Assembly: GCF_030144855.1 (NCBI RefSeq)
Contig: NC_082731.1
Location: 10,974,001-11,038,000, forward strand
Reading direction: 5' to 3'
DNA from: Hypanus sabinus
Taxonomy: Eukaryota
DNA: 64,000 bases
The translations under genes and the position numbers were made by a program. Positions within the stretch are counted from its first letter, which is position 1, and the number at the start of each line of letters is the position of its first letter. The notes beneath the pieces are model-generated. The model was not told the DNA's origin, ran no database searches, and saw only the letters and a program-made list of their open reading frames with translations. Positions 38,905 through 49,458 of the stretch are shown in pieces.

Positions 38905-41450
38905 TATAGTTGCACCGAGTGATTAGATTGGCAGGGTCGAGACGAGTACGTTGCCTGTGTAGAATACAGACAGGAAGAATGTGTGTGAGGCCGGTGTTCT
39001 GTGCTCACTGTCAGATGTGGGAAATCCGGAAGACGCCCAGCATCCCGAATGGCCACCTCTGCGCTAGGTGAGTCGAGCTGCAGCTCCTAATGGACCGCGT
39101 GAGGGATCTGGAGATGCAGATCGATGACCTTCATCTGATCAAGGAAAATGAGGAGGTGATAGAGAGGAGATAGAGGCAGATAGTCACACTGGGGCCTCGG
39201 GAGACAGAAAAGTGGGAAACAGTCAGGAGAGGGAAGGGCAGGAGTCAGATGATTTAGAGCTCCCCTGAGTCTGTACCGCTTGACAATAAGTGTTCCTGTT
39301 TGAGTACTGCTGGGAGCATGGCAGAGTTGGGGAAAGGAGCAAAGGCTGCATCTCTGGCACAGCCTCTCGCCCTGTGACTCAGAAGGTTAGGGAAAGGAAG
39401 AACACAGCAGCAGTGATAGAGGATTCTATAGTTAGGGGGTTAGACTGGCGATTCTCAGGACGCGGGAAAGAAGCACGGATGGCAGTTTGCCTCCCAGGTG
39501 CCAGGATCCGGGATGTTTGTGATCGCGTCCAAGATAGCATGAAGTGGGGAGGAGAACAGCCGGAGGTCGTAGTACATATTGATACCAACGACATAAGCAG
39601 GAAAAGTTAGCACGTCCTGAAAGCAGACTACAGGGAGTTAGGAAGGAAGTTGAGAAGCTAGTAATCTCGAAATTACTGTCTGTGACACGTGACATTGAGT
39701 ATAGGATTCGAGTGAGGTGGAGGATAAATGCTTGGCTGAGGGATTGGAGCAGGGAGCAGTGATTCAGATTTCTCGATCACTGGGGCCTATTTTGGGCCAG
39801 GAGTGACCTGTACAAAAAGGACGGGCTGCTCTTGAATCACAGGGGGACCGATATTCTGGCGAAGGCTATTGGGAAGAGGATTATTAGGGGGTGGGAACAA
39901 AACTGAAGAGACGGAGGAACAGACGGTTCGCTCACAGAGAGAGATTGGAGAGTGCAAGAGGGAGTATAGGTAGGTGATAGAGAAGGGACGCGCTCAGACT
40001 GATCATTTGAGATGTGTCTATTTTAATGCAAGGAGAATTATAGACAAAGCGGATGAGCTTAGAGCGTGGATCAGTACTTGGAGCTGTGATGTGGCTATTG
40101 CAGAGGCTTGAATGGCTCAGCGGCAGAAATGGTTACTTTGAGTACCAGGCTTTAGATGTTTCAGGAAAAACACAGGGAGGGAGGCAAAAGAGGTGGAGGC
40201 GTGACACTGTTGATCAGAGATAGTGCCACGGCTGCAGAAAAGGAGGAAGACATGGACTAATTGTTTATGGAGTCTCTGTGGGATGAAGTTAAGAACTGGA
40301 AGGGTCAATATCTCTACTGGGTGTTTTTATGGAGCACCCAATAGTAACAGGGGTATCAAGGAGCAGATAGTGAGACAGATTCTGGAAAGGGTAATAATAA
40401 CAGGGTTGTCGTTGTCGGAGAATTTAATTTCCCAAATATCGATTGTCATGTCCCTAGAGCGAGGGGTTTCGATAGGGTGGAGTTTGCTAGATGTGTTCAG
40501 GAAGGTTCCTTGACACAATAAGTAGATAACCCTACAAGAGGAGAGGCTGTACTTGATCTGGTATTGGGCAATGAATTTGATCAGGTGTCGGAGCTCTCAG
40601 TGGGAGAGCATTTTGGAGATAGTGATCACAATTCTATCTCCCTTAACATAGCATTGGAGAGGGATCAGAACAGACATGTTAGGAAAATGTATAATTGGAG
40701 TAAGGGGAAATATGAGGTTATTATGAAGGAACTTGGAAGCGTAGCTTGGGAACAGATATTCTCAGGGAAATATACGGAAGAAATATTCAGGGTATAAATG
40801 CGTTGAGTTCTGGATGGGTACATTCCAGTGAGACAGAGAAAGGTTGATAGGGTACAGGAGCCGTGGTGTACAAAGGCTGTTGTAAATCTAGTCAAGAAGA
40901 AAAGAAGAGATTGCGAAAGGTTCACAAAGCTAGGTAATGATAGAGATCGAGGAGATTATAAGCCTAGCAGGAAGGAGTTTAAAATAGAAATTAGGAGAGC
41001 TAGAAGGAGCCATGTGAAGGCTTTAGCGGACAGGATTAAGGAAACCCCAAGGCATTCTACAAATAGGTGAAGAGTAATACGATTAGACATGGGAGAATAG
41101 GACCAATCGATTCTAACAGTGAAAAAGTGTGTATGGTACCAAAGGAGGTAACAGAGGTACTTAATGAGTACTTTGTTTCAGCATTCACTATGGAAACGGA
41201 TCTTGGCAACTGTAGAGATGACTTACTGTGGACTGAAAAGCTTGATCATGTAGATATTAAGACAACTGGAGCTTTTGGAAAACATCAAGTTGGATAAGTC
41301 ACCGGGACCGGGCGATATGTACCCCGAGCTGCTGTGAGAGGAAATGAAGGAGATTACTGAGACTCTGACGATTATCTTTTCACCATCAGTTGGGACGGGA
41401 GATGCTCCGGAGGATTGGAGGGTTGCTGAAGTTGTTCCATTAGTCAAGAA
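38905..41450 (+). mobile_element. CR1 LINE 5' portion: ORF1 esterase-like and ORF2 endonuclease, decayed
   Basis: EDSIVRG..CLPGARIRDV..PEVVVHIDTNDI (CR1 ORF1 SGNH-like); CVYFNARRIIDKADELRAWIST, LDLVLGNEFDQV..HFGDSDHNSI (APE); antisense to IgNAR within the TM1a-TM1b interval. Confidence 0.85.
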
Positions 41451-41699
41451 AGCGAAGAGAGAAAATTTGAACGAAATCACAGATGGATTACTGATAGAAG
41501 TTATCAGTTCTGATGCAAAAAGAAATAAAGTGGCGAGTCACATCAAGCTGGATAATTTAACAGTCCAGGCACCAGAGAAGATGATAGAGTAGAAAGGGTG
41601 GAATAAGTGTACTTTGCCTGACACTGTTGAATAATATTGTGTTTACGTCCAGACAATACGAACAGAAAATGAAGGAAGGAAAGATATGAAATAAAAGGT

Positions 41700-44080
41700 T
41701 GAGTTCTAATGACAGAAACGGGCCCTTTCGTCCACTTTGTTCTAAAATAACCACCTATACATATCCGACATTTGTCACATTAGTTGCACAACATGCGACA
41801 TCTTGTCTATTCAAGTGATTTGCCAGATGTTTACTGTACGTTGCTTAATGTTCTCCACCACTTCCTCTGGAATTGTCTTCGTTTCCACGTTCAATGTCCT
41901 TCCTCTTCTTCCATGCAACAAAACATGACAAACATTCCAACTAACTACCCCAAACATACTTATCATATTTCATTTGATTATATATCTTTGAAGCCAGCCT
42001 CCTTCGCTCCAGGAAGAACAAGCCAAACCTATAAAATTTCTTCTGACAAACTCCAGTCAAGGGAATAGAGAAATCGACAAATGTCTTTTACATTCTGTTC
42101 AGAGCGATCAAGTGATTATAATATAATGGTGACCAGTACTGCTCAGAATACTCCAATCCCGGCCAGGTGAATCTTTTGTGAATTGGAACCACGTCGTCCA
42201 AATTTCGTTAATCTTTACTAGTCCAGTGAAGAAAATTGCCACATCCCTTCGTTACTGCCACATCCTCTTGTAATTCCGCCTACGGGGAACAATTGACTTA
42301 TACACCAGTGTGTCTCTGCTCATCAAAAGTTCGTAGTGTCTTATCCTGGCCTGCATGTTCTCTAATGTCAGTGTATTTCACGTTCCAAAATTCATCCCCT
42401 GATCTGTCACAGGACTAACTTGCTTCTGCCAACGTTCTGGTCAGCTCTGCTACTGATATCCTACTAGTATCCGTTAATAAACATTTTGGGCAAACTTACT
42501 AATAAGATATTCTACGTCAAATACAAGTCATTAATAAATGGCATAGTCAACAATGGTTTCAGAGGTGACCATTGTGATGCACCACTCCGGAGATTTGCAA
42601 TCAGAAAATCACTGCGATCTACCTCCTATCTCCAAGCCAATGATATATCTAGTTTTCCAGTTTGCTTTGGAGATCGTTATCAAAGGGTTTACGAAGGTCC
42701 ATGCACACACATTCCAAGAGTGAGACCTGGATGTAGCATTAAATAGAGAGGTAAATGGACGTCGCACATCACTTTTGAGAATGAAACGCAGATATTCTGC
42801 AAAGTGATCATCCAACTTCAAGTGGAGGATCCATTGTGGAGGAGGCCTCATCGTGAACGACAAATATATTACACTATATTAGAAGAAGTTTGAAATAGAC
42901 TGAAACTCTGCTTTATCTGCATTATGTGGGTCCCTTGATAACGGGATGAAAGGACTTACGTTCTGTAGTGGCATGAGGAAATGTCAGAGTGGTATCTGGG
43001 AAGCAATTGCGGTGTATGGAGGCGCAAAGGACTTGGTGCAAAGGAAGTATACGTATTAGTCTGGAATGTTGTTGGGGTCACCGGAAATAGTGAGGCATGA
43101 TTTATTGACAAGGGCGCGGGTAAATTTGAAGCTGAGGATCCGATTTTCTTACGTCTTCAAATAGAGGCGAAGTGATTCCGAAACCAAAGGGAAAGGTCAT
43201 AATTAGTCCTCGAGAAGACGAGAGCAAAATGATTCGGAAAGCTATAAACTTTATGAGCTCTTTGTCAACGCATGAAGCAGCAATATTGTAGTAGGTAATA
43301 ACGTAGTTCGTAGTTCAGGAAAGCCGGTTGATGGAGGTGGCGAGTCAAAGGCTGTACCATCTTTTCCTCAAAAAGACGTTCCTAAAGTACCCCGGTTTCA
43401 TCTGAGATCTCATGATAATACCTTTCATCAAGTTACGGTAAGAGATATTGAAGGATATGTTGTTCCATGTGAGGATGGTTTCAGCCGCCAGGTAAATGTG
43501 TGTATTAGAAACGCCCGTTCAAAGAGCTGGCCATAGTGTCCGACTTTTCCAAAGTGGATCAAGAACATCCTTTTTGCTAAGTGACAGCCATGATCCGGCT
43601 TCAAGCTGGATTAAAGCATAGCGGTATTGATAGTCTCCTCTCCTTTCAAAGAACTTCACAGGCAAACAGCAATGCTTATTCTGGGGTCAATTTTGCAATG
43701 TCAGACAAAGCCGCAGTGACCTACGCACAACTTTGCTCCTACAGAGATGACGGGGAGCAATATACTGAGAGAATTAAAATGTGTCTGTACCTTGAGTATA
43801 GGTTCGCCACCCTTCTTCTGAATATAGAAAATAGAGCATAGAAAAGTACTGCACAATGCAGGTCGTTTGGCTCACATTGCTCTATCGACTTTTAAACCTA
43901 CTCTAAAATCAATAGACCGCTGCCCTCCAGCATAGCGGTGCACTTTTCTTACATCCGTCTATCTTAAAGTTTCTTAAATGTCCGGAATGTACCTGCATCT
44001 GCCACCACACTACGGCAGCGTGTTGCGCAGACTGACCATTCTCTTGGTAAGAAACCTCTGTCTGAGATTCTCCAATCAGA
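41700..44080. mobile_element. Mosaic of highly decayed CR1 fragments in both orientations
   Basis: Recognisable CR1 RT and 3' UTR pieces with many stop codons. Confidence 0.5.
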
Positions 44081-44089
44081 AACAAGAGA

Positions 44090-45660
44090 AAATCCGCAGC
44101 TGCTGGAAACCAAAGCAACACAACAGGCCAGCCCTCATCTACGGGAAAGAAAAGCACAGTCAACTTTGCGGGCAGAGACCCTTCATGAGGTCTGAAGAAA
44201 AGAGATGAAGAGTAGATTTAAAAGGTGGGGGAGGAGAGGGAGAGGCACAAGGTGATAGGTGAAACCGGGAAGGACGGATCAGACAAAGAGCTGGGAAGTT
44301 CACTGGAGAAAATAGGAGAGGGCAGAAGGCCATAGAAGTAAGAAGAGGGTGCAGGAGCATCAGAAGGAGGCCATGCAGGCAAAGAGATAAGGTGAGAGAG
44401 GGAAAAGGGGGTGCAAAATGGGAAAGGAGGATGGCATTACCAAGATTTCATGAAATCGATATTTCTGCTCGCTGTTCTTTTCCAGCCCTGAATCTCTTTC
44501 ACCAATCAACTTCCCAGCTCTTCACCTCCCTGTTTCACCCACCAGCTTGTGTGTCTGCCCCCCCTCTCCCGCCCCACACCTTTTAAATCTACTCATATTG
44601 TTTTTTCTCCAGTCCTCCAAATGGTCTCGACCCTAAACATCAACTGTACTTTTGTCCATGGATGCTGCCTAGCTTGCTGAGTTCCTCTTATATTCTCCAT
44701 GTTCCTTCCTCCAGTCATCTTAAAAATATATCTTCTCCTGTTAACCAATGCTACCTGGAAAAGGGCGTATGGCTTTGCACTTCGTCAATGTCTCTTAACA
44801 TTTTTTTTACACTCTATACAGATGTCCATAATTCCTTTGTCCACTCGTCACTCCCCACTGATCTTCATTCTGGCATTTCCTCTGCCTCCCTCCCGGTTTC
44901 AGTTATCAGCCTGCGTTTCACTCTCCCCTCCCCAACCTTTTAAATCTACTCGTCATCTCTTTTCTCCTGACCACTAAAGGGTTTCGGCCCGAAGCTTCCC
45001 TCTACACGACCATTCAGGGCCCTAAACAGTCCTCTAGATGAGGCAGCAGTTCACCTGTGAGACTGTTCGAGTCATTCATTGTATACCGTGCTCCCGCTGT
45101 AGCCGCCTTTACAACATAAATTGGGGGATCACTTTGACGAGCACCTACCCCCAATCCACAGAAAACAACCAGAAAATGTTACTTCTGATCCCTATTCCCA
45201 CTCCGACGTTCGTTCATGTCCTCTTTTACCGTCAAAATGACGGCACTCTTAGTTTGGAGGAGAAACACCTCATATTTCATCGGGGTAGCCTTCAAATTGG
45301 CAGCATGAACATAACCATATATCGATTCCTCTAACCTAGTATTTTTCTGACGTCCTCTTCCTGCCTTTTTCCCATGATCCACTCTCCTCTCCAATCCAAT
45401 TCATTTTTTTCTTAAGTCCTTTACCCTTTCCGCCTATTACTTCCCCGATTCTCACTTCATATTCCCTCCTTCAGCTACCTACCTTCATCACAACCTAACT
45501 TTACCTATCACCTTCTAACTTGTAAATCTTCCCCTCCACTAACCTTATTCTGGGCTCTTTTTCCTTCCTTTACAATTTTGATGAAGGTTTTCGGCCCGAA
45601 ATATCGGTTCTTTACTGCTTTGCATATATGCTGCCTAATATGTTCTTCCATCATTTTGTG
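44090..45660. mobile_element. Penelope-like remnants: inverted pLTR pair plus GIY-YIG endonuclease fragment
   Basis: QQFTCETVRVIHCIPCSRCSRLY (ORF 45038-45334) resembles the Penelope FTC..NVVYCI.C..C..LYIG motif; terminal repeat forward at ~44090 and reverse at ~44600-44700, ~44970 and ~45590. Confidence 0.65.
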
Positions 45661-45859
45661 TGTGATAGTTTAATTAAGTCACCATTCTTCTCCCATTCTA
45701 AAGAAAAAAAAAGTCCAAAAAGCCTTTCATACGACGATATGATCTCTAATCTCGCCAAATCGTGGTAAATCTTTACTGGACACTCTAAAGCAAACACTTT
45801 ATTACTATAGCGAGGCAATCAGAAATGAACACAACACAATCTGGTAACACTGAGTTTTA

Positions 45860-46700
45860 TAGAGCTGCAAGATCACCTCACGGCACTTGAGCTCAATCCT
45901 CCGACTAATACAGGCCAACACAGCATACACTTTCTTAACCAATTTATAGAGATAGCAGGAACTTAACAACGTGGACACCAAGTTCCCTCTGTTCCTTCAA
46001 GCTACAAAGAATCCTACCATTAAACCGGTTTTCTGTCTTGAAATTCGACCTTCTGAAGAGAACGTCCTCACAGTTTTCTGTATTGAATTCCATCTGCCAC
46101 TTCTCAGCCCAGCTCTGAATCCTATTAATATCCAATTGTAACTTACGACAACCATCTGCAATATCTACAACACCGCCAATCTTCATGTCATCTGCCAGCT
46201 GGCTAATTCACCCTCCCACTTTTTCACCTAAGTCATCTGTAACAATTCCAAACTACGGGGATGTCGTAACAGTCCCTTGCAGAATATCACTACTCACAGC
46301 CCTCCAGTCGAAATACACTCCACTTACTACCACAGTTCATTTTCTCTGGGCGAGCTAATTCCGGTTTATTCAGCAAATGTCCCAGGATCGCCAGTCTCCT
46401 GACTTTCGTAATTAACCTACATGGATAACCTTGACAAATGCCTTCCTAAAATGTATATTTACTGTATCCACTGCTCAATCTTTATTGTTTCTTGTTTTCA
46501 CTTTGTCTAAAATTTTAATCACTCTCGTGAGGCACTACCTCAACTTCACAAAGGAATGATCATAACCCTTAATCAGATTTGGCTTCGCCAAATGCTCGCA
46601 AACTCTGTCTCGAAGAATTAGCTGTAATAGTTTTCCCACCACGGACATCAAACTCAAAGCTTTATAATCCCCAGAATGATGAGTTCGATACATTTACGTA
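45860..46700 (-). mobile_element. CR1 RT fragment
   Basis: MKIGGVVDIADGCRKLQLDINRIQSWAEKWQMEFN (ORF 45944-46186). Confidence 0.75.
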
Positions 46701-47899
46701 ACGACTTTGCTGTCTAAATCAGTACTTGGTTGGTAGTATTGCCCCAGCTTGCCTCTTTCTCCACTTATATTGCATTAATTAGAGGACACTCCCAGAAAAC
46801 CATGCTGTAATGGTAAACCTGCTGAGTACTGCAGAGCTCTTACATTAATTTCCTGCTTAAGCGTGTCGCTTAGTTGTCAGATTCCAGCAAGTATGGTCCT
46901 TCTATCCCCGCTTGTCACCCTCCATCATCTGTCTCCATATTCATCCAATCCTTCCCGTCTGGCTACATGTGTATGATTCGTTACTTTACCTTTGTATGCC
47001 ACCACCTGTCAAATTAAAACAACTTCTCTCCATTTCCCACATTTATCTGAAGCTGTCCATGTCCATCACCCCGGCTAGATAAGATTTTCACCTCCAGCGT
47101 TTTGGGTCAACTTCCCGCTCTCTTCTTCACGTAGGCTGCTTTCCTCCTTAACATTCAGTTCTGAAATACTGCCTCGATATGGGAAACTCTCCCCTCACAA
47201 TCTTGCATATACCAGCGAATTCCTCCAGTGGTTTGTTTCTGTGCCAGATTCCCCGCATCTGCAGTTTCTTGTGGCCCGTTCCTATCTCTGTGTACCTCTC
47301 CTTGTGTTCTAATTCTCGAACGGACCTCATTCACTCTTACATCAGACAATCCTGGTCATTTCTTGTCATCGTGGTCATCACGCTTTTATTCTATTAGGAA
47401 CGCTAATTACTCACTATGCTTTACAAGTTCCTTTAACTCCTCTCGAGATCTAAAGAAGGGGTTTCTACCTCAATTGATCACCGCATTTCGCTTCCCACAG
47501 ATACAACCTAACATGCTGCGTATTTCCAGCGTGACAACGTTTTCTATTTTAATTCTTCGCAGTATTGAAGGTTAAGAAAATATGACACATTTCCTCCAGA
47601 TGAAGATACCGCAATAAGAATAAACTTAAAATACTCCTTAGCCACTGGCACTGAGGTTCGCATGGAATACTTTCGCCCAGGAAGCTATTAATGCTGTGGG
47701 TGAATGATTCAAAGGTAATTGTTTAATTTGTATTAGTCGTGTAAACTACATAGGTTGCTCATTCATCCGAATCAAGAATTATTTAAAGATGTATGAAAAC
47801 CCGAGAGAAATCAATCACTTGTGCTTTGTCTCTATACAACATCCTAACATCCAATTTTACGATCACTCTGTTCTTTGTTTGTGGAGTAGGTGTTGTTAG

Positions 47900-48350
47900 A
47901 TTACATTCAACTTTATTGTCATTGTGCCGAGTACAGATACAAAGCCAAATGAAGTTCAGTTAGCATCTAACCAAAAATGTAAACGATAGGTTTATTTACA
48001 AAATAACTGCGAATAAAAATTACGTGCTACAGCACACAAATATAAAAGTACAAAGACAGTACAATATGGGTGCAATACTGCTTAGCGCTGTGATGTGAGT
48101 TTCAGCAGCGTCACAGCCTCAGGGACGTAGTTCTTCCTGTGCCTGCTGGTGCGGGAGCGGTGGCTCCTGTAGCGCCTACCGGTTGGGAGGAGAGTGAAAC
48201 TTCCATGGTTAAAGTGAGACGCATCCTTGATAATGCTTTTCGCCCTGCCCAGGCAGCGCTTGTGGCAGATGTTCTCAATGGTGGGCAATTGGTTGCCGAT
48301 AATCCGCTGGGCAGTTTTCACCACACACTCGTGTGCTTTGCTCTGAAGAT
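47900..48350 (-). mobile_element. Rex1/Babar 3' end
   Basis: VKTAQRIIGNQLP..RCLGRAKSIIKDASHFNHGSFTLLPTGRRYRS (ORF 48082-48324). Confidence 0.75.
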
Positions 48351-48681
48351 GAACAGAAGTCTATAGTGATTTCATTATAAAATTTGATTACCACTTTCCA
48401 TTCGTTGTTCAGTTGTCAATCCTGTCAGCGTCACCTATGTTGATTAGCATAGCTCAACGCTATTTGTTAAATACTAATTTAGTAGTCCCACCATTCAACT
48501 TCCGAATTACAATACTCCTGTATTTGGACACGCTGATAACCTGCTGGAAAATTACTTTGTTTTCCGATCAGCTTCCCAACTGAGAAGTGTCCCACCTCTT
48601 CCCCATCCATTGCTCCTCGGTTCTTCACCACGAAGAAGTTTAAGCATAAATGATCGTTTTATTTACCAGTTCTAGTCTCCG

Positions 48682-48848
48682 NNNNNNNNNNNNNNNNNNN
48701 NNNNNNNNNNNNNNNNNNNNNNNNNNNNNNNNNNNNNNNNNNNNNNNNNNNNNNNNNNNNNNNNNNNNNNNNNNNNNNNNNNNNNNNNNNNNNNNNNNNN
48801 NNNNNNNNNNNNNNNNNNNNNNNNNNNNNNNNNNNNNNNNNNNNNNNN
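48682..48848. other. Assembly gap (167 N) next to a degenerate (CA)n/(CG)n microsatellite
   Basis: Run of N followed by cacatgtgtgagcacgtgtacacacacgctcgcacgcgcgtgcgcacac. Confidence 1.
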
Positions 48849-49300
48849 CAATGATAGCTGCACATGTGTGAGCACGTGTACACACACGCTCGCACGCGCG
48901 TGCGCACACAGACTCACGAGTGAATCAAAGAATCTGATGCATACGCATTCAAATAATTAATTAAAAAGTATCATTCGCTCAGCTTCTTCCTTCTTGTTTT
49001 TTCGCATTTTCCCGGCAAATCCCGCTGACATTGTCAGTAATTCCTTCCTTTAGGGTTATAATTTTCGTGCATTGTATTTTAGTTATTTTATGCAGTGACA
49101 ACTCATTCATTCGCGTTATTAGGTATGAAATGTAAACACCATGGAATCTTCACCGAAACCCAAACGTACATTGGGGAAAACCTGAATTGCTTATGTTAGA
49201 AGAATTAATTCACAACTTGCACCGCGATAAAATGTGAAATATACGTCAAACATTTTAATGTGTTTGTTTCGGCTACTGGACCATTGAAAGTTGCTGTTAC

Positions 49301-49458
49301 CTTAATAGTCGTTGTAAATGCGCTGTACATCATACTCATCATAAAGAGGATCACAAAGACGAGAAGCGTTGAAGCAGAACAAACATCTTCATCCAAGTTT
49401 ACGAATTCTTCTTCACCACCTGAATAGTCATCCAGGTCTACCGGAATTTCACCGACAT
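49301..49458 (-). CDS. IgNAR: Membrane exon TM1a (acidic spacer + transmembrane helix)
   Basis: 158-nt exon, acceptor tatttcgatttcAG|AT, donor AAG|GTAACA, phase 1/0, in frame with the C5 internal donor. DVGEIPVDLDDYSGGEEEFVNLDEDVCSASTLLVFVILFMMSMMYSAFTTTIK has the antigen-receptor TM (CART) residues F..LF..S..YS...T in register with mu TM. Confidence 0.9.

Noticed and set aside
48640-48917. ORFs spanning the N runs (also 32706-33056)
   Set aside because: Artefacts of translating through assembly gaps.
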